Positions 18,144-27,449 of a DNA stretch of 62,483 bases are shown one piece after another (position 1 is the stretch's first letter; every line of letters starts with the position of its first letter). The DNA lies in the IMG/VR virus record IMGVR_UViG_3300036851_000016, positions 1 through 62,483 of that record, one strand, 5' to 3'. The notes under the pieces were generated by a model. That model searched no databases and had not been told where the DNA came from. It was given only the letters and a program-made list of their open reading frames with translations. Source of the DNA: a virus (lineage: Duplodnaviria > Caudoviricetes). The translations under genes were made by a program, and so were the position numbers.

Positions 18144-19031
18144 CTAGGTTGTTGTGAATGGTGTTGTTGTTTTGGATGTTGTTTGTGTTTGTTGTGGTGC
18201 CTCTACGACGGGTGTGTTGTTCGCGATACGTTGCACAGGTTGCTCCTTGTGTAGCTTGATAATAGCAGGAGCAATCCACTTCTCATACAACGGTTCGCTA
18301 TTGAATGTAATCTTCCTCTCTAGTGGTAGAGATGTTCGAGCATAATCATTCCCTAAGTGCTGAGTGAATAGCTCAAATTCTCCATCACCTGAATCAGCGT
18401 CAAAACCAGTTCTGACGTTGAAGTGATAGACTTCCGTCATGTAAGATGCTATCTTACCGGAAATCTTATCGCCACCTGTTATGATGACTCTTGAATGATG
18501 AGTAAGTTTATTCTTATCATCATCTTTGCGCTGGCCTACGACATGGGCAATCAAAACGATATTCACTTTATGATACTTGTGAATATCCTTCAATCTTGCC
18601 ATGAGGTCTTGAAATCCTGATGCTTCTGCGTTGTATTCCTCTAATCCAGGAACATATATCGTTCCTATCTTCTTTCCACCACCTTCTGACTTCTTGTGTT
18701 TAATAGTCTGTCGATTCATGTTATCTCCAATCGAAGTAACAGAATCAACAACTATAGTCTTGTATGGACAGTTAACCTTAAACTGTTCTAACTTTGCGAT
18801 GGGACCATCCCAATCCGAAAAATCATCAAAATCTAAATGAGTTGGATTTTTACCCCATAAACCCCATCGCTTAGCTGGAAGTTCTAATGCTTCCATCTTT
18901 TGGTCGGTAGAAATCCAATACTGTCTACCCGGAAAACTTAACGCGCATGTAGACTTACGTGTTCCGGGTTCACCCTTTAACATTACAAACAAGGGCTTAG
19001 TTGGTGAACCAGTAGATTCAAGTGTTGGCAT
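18144..19031 (-). CDS. AAA_24/Sak4-like ATPase
   Basis: GEPGTRKST Walker A, IVVDS Walker B, LIAH. Confidence 0.8.
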   Translation of the reverse strand: MPTLESTGSPTKPLFVMLKGEPGTRKSTCALSFPGRQYWISTDQKMEALELPAKRWGLWGKNPTHLDFDDFSDWDGPIAKLEQFKVNCPYKTIVVDSVTSIGDNMNRQTIKHKKSEGGGKKIGTIYVPGLEEYNAEASGFQDLMARLKDIHKYHKVNIVLIAHVVGQRKDDDKNKLTHHSRVIITGGDKISGKIASYMTEVYHFNVRTGFDADSGDGEFELFTQHLGNDYARTSLPLERKITFNSEPLYEKWIAPAIIKLHKEQPVQRIANNTPVVEAPQQTQTTSKTTTPFTTT

Positions 19032-19038
19032 ATCTCTC

Positions 19039-19269
19039 CTAAATTCTGCGAGGGTCAGTTAATGATGCTTCGTATTGAACTAAGAGTATTTCATCATCAT
19101 GGCGACGAAGATGATACTCAGGATGAGTGCTATCAAATCTATCCAGCTTAAGTCCTTCCACATCCTTTTCCATACGTCTAATTCTTTGCGCATTGGGAAC
19201 TCTCCTTAGTGTGATTTCTAGTTGTTCGATTAGTTCGTTAACTGTCAGTTCCAGTTCTGCTACCGTCAT
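19039..19269 (-). CDS. Hypothetical protein
   Basis: Operon packing, RBS. Confidence 0.55.
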   Translation of the reverse strand: MTVAELELTVNELIEQLEITLRRVPNAQRIRRMEKDVEGLKLDRFDSTHPEYHLRRHDDEILLVQYEASLTDPRRI

Positions 19270-19355
19270 TTCGATATAACTCCTTTTCCATCCATGTATA
19301 ACTCATAGCCACACCGGGACCACGTTTATGCATGGATTTGAAACGAAACTTTAAC

Positions 19356-19661
19356 TCAGTTATCACGGCCCGATAGGAAATCAGCAATCGCTTGAGTGTC
19401 TGCATCATGCCTCTTTTTAACACAATCACCACAATGTGGCTTAGTCATAGGCTTACCACCAGAATGTCTAAGTATTGCCTTGGTGATAATCATAGGCTCG
19501 CCACACTTATTACATTCGCATAATTTACCTTCTGCGAGGTCCAAGCGAATGTAGTGTGAACATGCTGGCTTCATGCACTTGTATACAAGAAACTCTCCGC
19601 CGCTGCGCGACAGATTGATTTTCTTATAACGGTGCAAATGGTTAGCAGCTTTACTTGCCAT
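19356..19661 (-). CDS. Zinc-binding hypothetical protein
   Basis: HLHRY, CMKPAC, CNKC, CGDC. Confidence 0.65.
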   Translation of the reverse strand: MASKAANHLHRYKKINLSRSGGEFLVYKCMKPACSHYIRLDLAEGKLCECNKCGEPMIITKAILRHSGGKPMTKPHCGDCVKKRHDADTQAIADFLSGRDN

Positions 19662-19827
19662 TACTTACTCCCGTCAAACACAACGGTTCTAACAGACCTA
19701 ATGATGCGTAGAGGATAGCGCTCTCCACTATTTTCCTTTACATAGTGTAGAGCATCCACATGACGTTTGAATGATGCCTTTAATGTCCACTTACTTCCTA
19801 GCTTAATCTCCACATAGTAATTCTTGC

Positions 19828-20034
19828 TCATGGTTTTTCCTTTGGCATTTCATCCTGTATGATTTCCATCATAGCAGTTAATGCCCTTAACAGTTTGATT
19901 GTTAGTTCTGGTGAATAGCCAAGCATCTTAATCATGAATAGCATTTGCATCATGCATGATTCTTCTGCTTCACTAATCCCATACAGTTTCTTCAAGTCCT
20001 TGATTGCTGCGACAATCCTAGCATTCTGTTCCAT
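19828..20034 (-). CDS. Hypothetical protein
   Basis: Coupled stop and start in the operon. Confidence 0.55.
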   Translation of the reverse strand: MEQNARIVAAIKDLKKLYGISEAEESCMMQMLFMIKMLGYSPELTIKLLRALTAMMEIIQDEMPKEKP

Positions 20035-20225
20035 TAGTCATTCTCCTGTAAGTGATTTATTAGTTCATCTACTGCATTGCCTGAATACTCATCAGGTGGA
20101 CAGACTAATTCTCTTGAATCGTTGAATCCTGCAACAAATTGATGCCACCAAGTTCCTAGTAATATTCCAATGAATAAGAAAGGAATACTACTATACTTAC
20201 AGACAGTCAGAAAGAAATGTAGCAT
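20034..20225 (-). CDS. Small membrane protein
   Basis: N-terminal hydrophobic segment; TAATG coupling. Confidence 0.5.
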   Translation of the reverse strand: MLHFFLTVCKYSSIPFLFIGILLGTWWHQFVAGFNDSRELVCPPDEYSGNAVDELINHLQEND

Positions 20226-21226
20226 TATTCGTCTCCATCATTAGTTGGATTCCATTCAGGACCAACCATAAACAGTTTCTTTATTTCTTCCTCTCTCATT
20301 GCAGGGTCATGCTCGCAAACTTTCACGAACGCGCAGTTACCATACTTACCTTCACAGTGCGTATAGTTTGGAGGAAAATGTCCCGACTCAGCATAGGCGA
20401 TAAGCTGATACGCATAGAAAGGTAATGTTTCTGACTGCCATTCCAAAAGTCTAGGTTCTGAGTAACAGATAGGATTACGAGTAAACTTTTCCTCAGGTTT
20501 TAGACTAGTTTGGAATCCTACTTTGTTAATGAATACTTTCTTCGAGTTTGTGACAAGACATTGTCCTGTAAACTGATTGTTCAATGACAATGTATCTCGA
20601 CGTTGTTTCATAGTCTTATGGTCAACTGGATGTATACCCTGATTAGTATCTGTGAGGAGGTCCAGTTTAGCTTTCCACAAGACTCTAATCTCATCATCTT
20701 CGTAGAGAACTTTACCTTTAACATTCTCCACTTCCAATGGAACCCAATGGTCATTACGCCAGAAGGTATTGTACTGGTCGCATGTATCTAATACATACTG
20801 CCAACCAGTCTTATAATCTCCACTATCCTTAGGAGTATTCTTAACACCCGGATAGTCATTAGGCTTATGTCCACATTTGGGTTTAGGTTGTTCTTCTGTA
20901 GGTTGGAAATCAGTGCATTGTGGACAGCCACGAATATACAATTCAGCGGCAGCAATTCCAAATGCGAAGGCTTTCTCTTTATTCAGACCATGAATTATAG
21001 TCTGATAGTAGATTTCGAGGAACTTATGAACTATCGACCCACACTCAAGCGAATTACTTTTACCACTAATCGAGACTAAATTATGGTTAAAGCGAAAATC
21101 CGCGAGGCGAGGACAGGACATAAGGGTAGTAAGTAATGTAGCATCCATGACTACATTCTTCTTACCACCTGTAATCTTTTCTACAACGTTTTCTATTACA
21201 GTATCAGTCATTCCTATACCCTTCAA
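20225..21226 (-). CDS. PD-(D/E)XK exonuclease (Cas4/RecB-like)
   Basis: SCPR, GSIVH, LD.....VDHKT, C-terminal C..C...C cluster. Confidence 0.85.
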   Translation of the reverse strand: MKGIGMTDTVIENVVEKITGGKKNVVMDATLLTTLMSCPRLADFRFNHNLVSISGKSNSLECGSIVHKFLEIYYQTIIHGLNKEKAFAFGIAAAELYIRGCPQCTDFQPTEEQPKPKCGHKPNDYPGVKNTPKDSGDYKTGWQYVLDTCDQYNTFWRNDHWVPLEVENVKGKVLYEDDEIRVLWKAKLDLLTDTNQGIHPVDHKTMKQRRDTLSLNNQFTGQCLVTNSKKVFINKVGFQTSLKPEEKFTRNPICYSEPRLLEWQSETLPFYAYQLIAYAESGHFPPNYTHCEGKYGNCAFVKVCEHDPAMREEEIKKLFMVGPEWNPTNDGDE

Positions 21227-21407
21227 TCAATACCTTGTGAGTTACATTCAGATTCTGGTCAAAGAAATCTCTGACAAAACCTGATGCTAATAGTGAGCTT
21301 TCATCTTTATCCTCAGACTGGAGAACTACTCTTACTTCCACAATAGGAGTAGGTGTATCTTTTGTCATTGGAGTAAAGACAAATTCATGCAAGTAAATGT
21401 TAGTCAT
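21204..21407 (-). CDS. Hypothetical protein
   Basis: Operon packing. Confidence 0.5.
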   Translation of the reverse strand: MTNIYLHEFVFTPMTKDTPTPIVEVRVVLQSEDKDESSLLASGFVRDFFDQNLNVTHKVLIEGYRND

Positions 21408-21495
21408 TGTTTCACCTTTATGAGCATTGAATTACATCGACTGCATTTTTGTCCTTCTTTACCTTCAGCGTGACACCAAATGCATATCCATTTAA

Positions 21496-21726
21496 TCATT
21501 GTATTGTCTCGTTAACTATCACCAATCGTTGTTCTGTAGCCACTAACTGATACCAATCAGGCTGTAACTCACCACCAGAATCAGCTATTAATACTGGTTG
21601 TCCTAGATGATTCTCGTGGAAAATTACGAACGCGAGTCCCACACGTTCAGCGCCTTTATACACGATAAACTGTGTCATGACACCAGTTAGTGATTTTAGT
21701 TTCTTACGGGATGAATTCTTTGCCAA
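21496..21726 (-). CDS. Hypothetical protein
   Basis: Operon packing. Confidence 0.5.
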   Translation of the reverse strand: MAKNSSRKKLKSLTGVMTQFIVYKGAERVGLAFVIFHENHLGQPVLIADSGGELQPDWYQLVATEQRLVIVNETIQ

Positions 21727-22045
21727 TTCTAGTCCCCTTAGGGAAGTATATGCTATTTAATGCACAGTTTGGCAGTATATAGTTTACTTCTATCAGTTCT
21801 CTATCCACTACCAATCCATCTAGTGCCTCAGTGTAATCTCCACTATTCCACCTGCATGGATTAATTATTCCCATTACACACAAGGATAACTTTGCTGATG
21901 TTATCCCTGGGTAATTGTTTACAGTCGAAAAAATTATTTCGCGATAACTAGTTTTGTCCAGTTCCATCGTGGTCACACATGCAAAAGATAAAGCGTAGTA
22001 ATCCGGTTTGATTAATCTTGCCACACATACCACACTGCCATTCAA
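21704..22045 (-). CDS. Hypothetical protein, possible winged helix
   Basis: PGITSAKL...LD.LV...ELIEV.Y; start uncertain. Confidence 0.5.
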   Translation of the reverse strand: MNGSVVCVARLIKPDYYALSFACVTTMELDKTSYREIIFSTVNNYPGITSAKLSLCVMGIINPCRWNSGDYTEALDGLVVDRELIEVNYILPNCALNSIYFPKGTRIGKEFIP

Positions 22046-22350
22046 ATGTGATAAGTGATACTGCTGTCAGGAATATCAAGCATATTACCTGACCCAGAAT
22101 CAAACCAATACGTGAGAGAAATTCTATCATCGATTACGCTTCCTTGCAGCCTTAGCAAGTTTATTGCGTTTACGATTCTTTCTTACACGTTTATCAAATA
22201 GGAAATTCCATATTGGGTTGGGATTTCAATCTGACGATGTAAAGATTCTTACTTCTGACTCTACTGATGCAAGAAACATCTGTAGGGTCTACGAAGTGAT
22301 TACCTACTTTAATCAATAATGGCTTCTTTTTCTTAGGCATTAGTATCTCC

Positions 22351-24537
22351 TTATAATGTGGCCGCAGCAGTGATGTTAGTCTTAACTTCAGCTTTACCCT
22401 TCTTTACTTTCTTAACCTGATGTTTCTTGACGATTAAAGCAGCTAAAGCTTTCGCGAAGTCTGTCTCATTCCAACGTGGAACTTTACCCTTGTTCATTAC
22501 AATGTGATAACGTCCACGCTTTTCTTCTACTATCTGGTCTAATTGCTGGTCTATTGTTCCATCAGCCTCAGGCAATGTGATGTTAATAGTCTTAGCAACT
22601 TGACCAATACGTCTAAATCTACCGGGTGTAGCTTGGTCCTCATTCTGTGGATTCCACTGTCTCTCATGAAGGATACTATCTGCGCAGGTTTGCAGGTTTA
22701 ATCCTTCACCACAAGCCAGTGTAGATGCAATCATAATGCAGCGTTTAGTTGCATTAAATTGCTCTTGAATGTCATAACCTTCAGGTCTACCAGTGTGTGC
22801 TGATGTATACTGGAATATCCTGATTCCTTGTGCTTTTAATTCCTGTGCTAATTCATACCAATCAGGATTGGATTCCTTATCAGTATTAATCAGTGCATTG
22901 TGCATCAATTGCCCAACGTCTTTATGATGCACGAATACGACTAATTTCTTATCAGTATCTTCAATAAATTCCTCAATGAATCCTAATGTTGCAGGAATCT
23001 TAGCGAGGCCCGTAATATGACGCATACGAGCCATTTTCGCGAGGATTTCTATACCAGATACCTTATCTTCCTCTCCATTGATTACAAACTCATTATACCA
23101 TTTGACGAAATCCGATACTGAATCATCGTATGTATCTTGACTCAGTTCGTCTAACTGAACTGGCATTCTCATACGATTAATATCAGGAAATTCGTCCATT
23201 ACTTCTTCGTATTCTCTACGAATGATAATGTTTGAGGTATACTCCCTGAACTTCTGTGGGTTTCTAATTCCACCCATCTTACGCTTATTACCCTCATAAT
23301 AATATTCCACCCAATTATCAAGATATGCTTGATTGGAATGGAATTTAATGGGGTCAATAAGATTGAGTGCTGGAAAGAATTCTCCGCCTCTATTCTTCCA
23401 AGGTGTTCCTGATAGTTCTAATACCTTACAATCAGTATTAGCTCCAATCAGTTTTCTAACTTCCTGTGTTCTAGTTGAGTCAACATTCTTAATCTGTTGA
23501 ACTTCATCTAGAATTACTAACTTGAATCCAACCTTAATCAATTTCTCGCGTGGGAATCTACGCAACAGGTCATAAGGTATGATGTATACCTTTAGACCGG
23601 GCATAATGTAATCTTTAGAAGTGGAAATGATTTGTCCAATGAAATCTGGTCCAAGCCATCTAACAGCCTGTTGGAACCATTGGAATTTAATAGCAGACTT
23701 GGTTACAATGAGTGTTGGTGTGTATTTCTTATGATGATATTTGAGAATCGCGAGTCCTTGCACTGTTTTGCCAAGACCCATATCATCAAATATACCTACA
23801 CCTTTTTGCATTGCTAGACCAGTCTCAGCGAATCTAGCACCTATTACTTGGAAGTTGTAGAGTTTGAATTCTCCGCACTTATCACACTGATTCTTAGTCC
23901 AAGTGTGCTTACAATTCTTAACTTCTGGTTTCCAATCATTAGACACCATAGATTCAAATGGTGTGCCCTTAGGTATGACCTTCTTAATGATATGGAAACA
24001 TTCAAGAGTAATCAGTTTAATCTGATTACCTTCTTTATCTACAGACTCAATTGCGAATTTTTCGATTGCAGTTTTACCACACTCAGGGCATTTATCCTGT
24101 AATCTAGTTACCTTGTGTGTGACATTACGCACAACCTGTTCAATAACCTTTTCCTCTACCACAACCTCTACTGTATGCCCACTACGAATAGCATCAATAA
24201 CATGGTCAGGGAGTGTAAGGTTAGAACAAGGTGATGCTACATAGCATCCTAATTCCCTAGCTTTAGTAGCCCATACTTCATTATGACCTTGACCCGGACA
24301 TAATGCGTGAGCTACTTCGTGATAAATTGTATTGACAACATCCTTAACCGGATGAATGTCAATGTGATGGGCATTAAGCATTATGCATTTATCCTTATAC
24401 ATGCATAAGCCTAAGAATGGTAGGTTAGGGTCAGATGTTAATCTAACCTTCCATTCATGTAATCCATTATCATTCAGAACCTTGCGCGTTAAATCAGCCG
24501 CGCCTTTACGGTCCATAATGGTTTCACTGTTAGTCAT
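22351..24537 (-). CDS. SprT-like metalloprotease fused to a SNF2-family helicase
   Basis: HEVAHA...GH...W (HExxH); DDMGLGKT, ILDEVQ, LSGTP..N, GEGLNLQ, WNP..EDQA..R..RIGQ. Confidence 0.88.
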   Translation of the reverse strand: MTNSETIMDRKGAADLTRKVLNDNGLHEWKVRLTSDPNLPFLGLCMYKDKCIMLNAHHIDIHPVKDVVNTIYHEVAHALCPGQGHNEVWATKARELGCYVASPCSNLTLPDHVIDAIRSGHTVEVVVEEKVIEQVVRNVTHKVTRLQDKCPECGKTAIEKFAIESVDKEGNQIKLITLECFHIIKKVIPKGTPFESMVSNDWKPEVKNCKHTWTKNQCDKCGEFKLYNFQVIGARFAETGLAMQKGVGIFDDMGLGKTVQGLAILKYHHKKYTPTLIVTKSAIKFQWFQQAVRWLGPDFIGQIISTSKDYIMPGLKVYIIPYDLLRRFPREKLIKVGFKLVILDEVQQIKNVDSTRTQEVRKLIGANTDCKVLELSGTPWKNRGGEFFPALNLIDPIKFHSNQAYLDNWVEYYYEGNKRKMGGIRNPQKFREYTSNIIIRREYEEVMDEFPDINRMRMPVQLDELSQDTYDDSVSDFVKWYNEFVINGEEDKVSGIEILAKMARMRHITGLAKIPATLGFIEEFIEDTDKKLVVFVHHKDVGQLMHNALINTDKESNPDWYELAQELKAQGIRIFQYTSAHTGRPEGYDIQEQFNATKRCIMIASTLACGEGLNLQTCADSILHERQWNPQNEDQATPGRFRRIGQVAKTINITLPEADGTIDQQLDQIVEEKRGRYHIVMNKGKVPRWNETDFAKALAALIVKKHQVKKVKKGKAEVKTNITAAATL

Positions 24538-24829
24538 TCTTTAATCCTTCAATCAGTGAATTTTCAGTTACAGGATTTTTATTTCCTGAATATGAGTCAC
24601 ACTTCTTACAAATCTCGAAACAATCAGATTGTCCTTTATGTGACATAGCGTAATGGTGAGTGTATTCTTTACAGAATGCACAATAGAACCATCCACCACC
24701 TAACCACATATTAGGATTAACTTCTAATCCTACTTGTTCGAGAAATAGTCGAGAATAGATGATTACCATATTAACCCTCAGATTTAGCTGCTGCGATACT
24801 CTTTTTAATAATCTCAGCGGCAGCCTCAA
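24530..24829 (-). CDS. Zinc-ribbon hypothetical protein
   Basis: CAFC and CKKC; start uncertain. Confidence 0.45.
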   Translation of the reverse strand: MRLPLRLLKRVSQQLNLRVNMVIIYSRLFLEQVGLEVNPNMWLGGGWFYCAFCKEYTHHYAMSHKGQSDCFEICKKCDSYSGNKNPVTENSLIEGLKND

Positions 24830-25550
24830 CAGTTACGCCTTTAGCTACAACAATCTGTTGTAACATAAATTCGCTTATGCCTAGTTCAGTTGCATACTTC
24901 TTTAATGCAACCTTATCAATCTTCTTACTAGCGGGTTTTGCGATAGGTGCGAGTTTTGGCTTGGAAGGTTTAATTGCTGATGGATTGTAGTTAATATCAG
25001 CAATCTTGAGTTTTTCACGTTCTTCCTTGCGTAATTCATTTGCAAGGTTATTCATGTAGACTTGAATGCTACGAATTCTATTATTCGCGTCTACAATCTT
25101 TTCTTGTGACTGGAAGATAACATCCTTGAAATGTGATAAATCCTTCAGAAGATGTTCTGCGAGTGCGTAGGGTTTATTGGTAATTTCAGGGTTATCATCG
25201 ATTGTTTTCTTAACATCGATAATCGCCATAGTTCCTGCATTGAATACATCAGTGCGAACTTCTATGGCATCGTTTATCTTGCGAGCTTCATCAAGTAATG
25301 CAGCTTGTGCATTAAATGATTTCTCGCGAGTAACCATCTGACCATTACCGTCATTACCTACAGGTTCGATTTTCAGATTAGATTCGCGCGTCCAACATTC
25401 TGCACACATGAGAATATTACCATATCGGATTTCAACAGGACCGATATTAGGGCAAGTCTCACATTGTGCCTGTTCTGTATGTGCTAACATTGGATACTTG
25501 CACTTAGCACACTTATCAGAGCCAATACCAGCAATGAATGGATGATTCAT
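24771..25550 (-). CDS. Zinc-finger plus coiled-coil protein with C-terminal HTH-like segment
   Basis: Three CxxC pairs; YATELGISE. Confidence 0.7.
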   Translation of the reverse strand: MNHPFIAGIGSDKCAKCKYPMLAHTEQAQCETCPNIGPVEIRYGNILMCAECWTRESNLKIEPVGNDGNGQMVTREKSFNAQAALLDEARKINDAIEVRTDVFNAGTMAIIDVKKTIDDNPEITNKPYALAEHLLKDLSHFKDVIFQSQEKIVDANNRIRSIQVYMNNLANELRKEEREKLKIADINYNPSAIKPSKPKLAPIAKPASKKIDKVALKKYATELGISEFMLQQIVVAKGVTVEAAAEIIKKSIAAAKSEG

Positions 25551-25708
25551 TATGCCACCATCCTATCATTAGAATGACGGTAGCACAATCCAATACGCTG
25601 TTCTGCGGGAACTTCTTTAACTGGAAGATTGTTAGGTGTGGTCAGTTTGCGAGGATACTTACGCGCACGCTTGATTTTCTTGCATTTCTCACAATAGAAT
25701 CTTTTCAT
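25550..25708 (-). CDS. Small basic zinc-finger protein, first gene of the leftward operon (52 aa, not in ORF track)
   Basis: MKRFYCEKCKKIKRARKYP...CYRH; AAAGGA RBS; TAATG coupling to next gene. Confidence 0.7.
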   Translation of the reverse strand: MKRFYCEKCKKIKRARKYPRKLTTPNNLPVKEVPAEQRIGLCYRHSNDRMVA

Positions 25709-25743
25709 TGTATTCCGTCCTTTCGGAACTAGGAATTAATATT

Positions 25744-25912
25744 ATGTCCACTTATTTGGACATACACTTGGCACACTACATACTGCAAGACTCAGACCAA
25801 CTACTAATAGTGTCCACTTTTGAGGACACCACAAGCTGTAGTGTATGATTACAGTTTTGTTGTGGTATTTTTACCTCATGTGTGGTAATTTTACTACAGC
25901 ATTTTTACCACA
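25744..25912. promoter_or_regulatory. Array of TGT-N12-ACA-type palindromes (operators/enhancers)
   Basis: TGTCC-N8-GGACA at 25745 and 25811; TGTGGTA..TACC/TACT variants at 25861 and 25881; half-site TACCACA to 25912. Confidence 0.65.
25784..25799 (-). promoter_or_regulatory. Sigma54-type -24/-12 promoter
   Basis: TGGTCTGAGTCTTGCA (GG-N10-GC) about 75 bp upstream of the leftward operon. Confidence 0.55.
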
Positions 25913-26006
25913 GCGAATGGAAGGCGAAGATAATATTATAGTTTCGCTTTCTCACACTTATAATTCATTACCCTTATCAGAGTTATATTATTTTCACTTC
26001 CGACCT

Positions 26007-26405
26007 GATTCTAAGCAGATTCTAACCACATTCTAAGCGGATTCTAAGCGGTTTCCAACCAACTTTTTCGGCCTAAGTCGCTCTGCCTGAGTCACTTAGC
26101 CTTACCCCTAAGAGAGAGGGGGAGGGTGCCTATAACACTCAGACCGTCCTATGCAGGTGACACTATGTAGGGGTAGGGTTATATTATTATATATTATTAA
26201 AAAAAAAAAAAAAATAAAAAGAGAATACCTAAACCCACCTGAGCGGAAGTGTCCTCAGTCTAGGACGGTCTAACTCCCATAGGCAGGGGGGGACTCTCTG
26301 AGAGGGGTAGAGCTAAGTCTATGTCAGAGAGTCACTTAGGCCGAAATCGTCGGATAGAAACAGGTTAGAAACCGTATAGAACACGGATAGAAACTGGATA
26401 GAATC
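26007..26405. repeat. Gap-free ~400-bp interrupted inverted repeat with AT/A16 core; putative replication origin
   Basis: All complementary blocks have coordinate sum 52412; five 11-bp-period TTCTA/TAGAA iterons on each flank. Confidence 0.85.
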
Positions 26406-26568
26406 CGGTAATTTGGGGTAATATTATTATATCTTGTCAATATTTTTTCGCAGACTTATACTCTAGCGAAAGTGTTTTGACTAATATTGTTGTTGGATTA
26501 GGGAAAAGAGACTTCGCGCACGCGCGAACGATAACTGTTGGATTAGTGAATAGGGGAAATGAGGGGGA

Positions 26569-26742
26569 TTATCTCCCCCTCCGAATCTTGTAGTGTTTCT
26601 TGCAGTATTCAGACCATCCCTTTAATCCATAATTACGGATGGCGTCTAATTCTCCTGATGTAGTGAGAGTCATATCCTGAGACTTTTTCATCGCGAGTAA
26701 TTGCGATAGTCTCAATTCCATTTGCGCCTGAGTTTTATCCAT
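26569..26742 (-). CDS. Hypothetical early protein (57 aa, not in ORF track)
   Basis: AGGAG RBS; MDKTQAQMELRL...; stop lies inside the GC hairpin 26561-26581. Confidence 0.6.
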   Translation of the reverse strand: MDKTQAQMELRLSQLLAMKKSQDMTLTTSGELDAIRNYGLKGWSEYCKKHYKIRRGR

Positions 26743-26762
26743 AGTTTCTCCTGTTAGTTAGT

Positions 26763-26791
26763 GAGGGGTAAGTTTGCAGTCCTTACCCCTC
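26763..26791 (-). terminator. Stem-loop after early gene
   Basis: GAGGGGTAAG/CTTACCCCTC 10-bp stem; no clear U-tract. Confidence 0.4.
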
Positions 26792-26797
26792 AGATTG

Positions 26798-27142
26798 TTA
26801 CGCCTGCGACGCTGCGAGCAATGCCTCAACCTGCTTACGTGCAGTTTCCTCTGAGACACCAAGGCGGATATAGTCGCGGACCATACGCTCCTTAATATCT
26901 TCCGGGGAAACTTCCGACGGACGATACGGAAGCAATGCGGCCTGATAGGCATTACTACGCGCGTTAGCCTTCAGGTTATCGTTAACCATATTAACGATAT
27001 TCCACTTTTTCTCAGTAATCACTGAGAGTGCTTCCGCCTCACTTGATACCTGAGGATAATCGAAAGTCTTTTCGATTTTCTCTCCGGCCTGAGGATGACC
27101 GTCCGGGACTGCGAAACTGAATTTTCCTACTAGTGTCTGCAT
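26798..27142 (-). CDS. Hypothetical immediate-early protein (114 aa)
   Basis: AAAGGAG RBS before ATG 27142; sigma70 promoter upstream; the track's TTG start is the -35 box. Confidence 0.75.
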   Translation of the reverse strand: MQTLVGKFSFAVPDGHPQAGEKIEKTFDYPQVSSEAEALSVITEKKWNIVNMVNDNLKANARSNAYQAALLPYRPSEVSPEDIKERMVRDYIRLGVSEETARKQVEALLAASQA

Positions 27143-27182
27143 TGTGTCTCCTTTCGGGGAATGGCTACCCCATCTGAGAAAC

Positions 27183-27211
27183 AGTCTACCACGATACGCC
27201 GAAATTGTCAA
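27183..27211 (-). promoter_or_regulatory. Sigma70 promoter
   Basis: TTGACA-N17-TAGACT with extended TG and an upstream A-tract. Confidence 0.75.
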
Positions 27212-27300
27212 GCTATTTTTTCGGTGTTTTCTCCTTTCCCTTTCCGCCGAGTTTCGCGAGTAGTTCAGCGTATCGCGTGTCTGTCATGACCATACATAAA

Positions 27301-27315
27301 GCATAAGCCATACCA
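27301..27315 (-). promoter_or_regulatory. Sigma54-type promoter
   Basis: TGGTATGGCTTATGC (GG-N10-GC). Confidence 0.5.
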
Positions 27316-27341
27316 CTAGCGAACCTATAATATTATAACGC

Positions 27342-27449
27342 TAAGTCCTTTGTTATCAACAACTTACCTTTATGTAACCATCCTAATTATGACAATGATT
27401 GTCAAGAGTCATGACAATAAACGGCAACTTGTTTAGAATCAATAGTTTA
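27342..27449. promoter_or_regulatory. Two IHF-consensus sites flanking a TGACA palindrome
   Basis: TATCAACAACTTA 27354-27366 and AATCAATAGTTTA 27437-27449 match WATCAANNNNTTR; TGACAATGATTGTCA 27390-27404. Confidence 0.6.

Noticed and set aside
20225-21226. Cas4-like nuclease as a CRISPR component
   Set aside because: It sits in a standard phage nuclease-ATPase-SSB recombination module with no array.
26007-26060. 11-bp periodic repeats as a CRISPR array
   Set aside because: Units too short, no 25-45 bp spacers, no cas operon; they mirror repeats at 26355-26403.
26007-26405. Hairpin telomere / protelomerase site
   Set aside because: Symmetry is interrupted with a non-palindromic centre, and no protelomerase gene is seen.
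27143-27211. TTG-start extensions in the ORF track (27211, 17327, 9025)
   Set aside because: They overlap a promoter or RNA element; downstream ATGs have the RBS and match B homologs where present.
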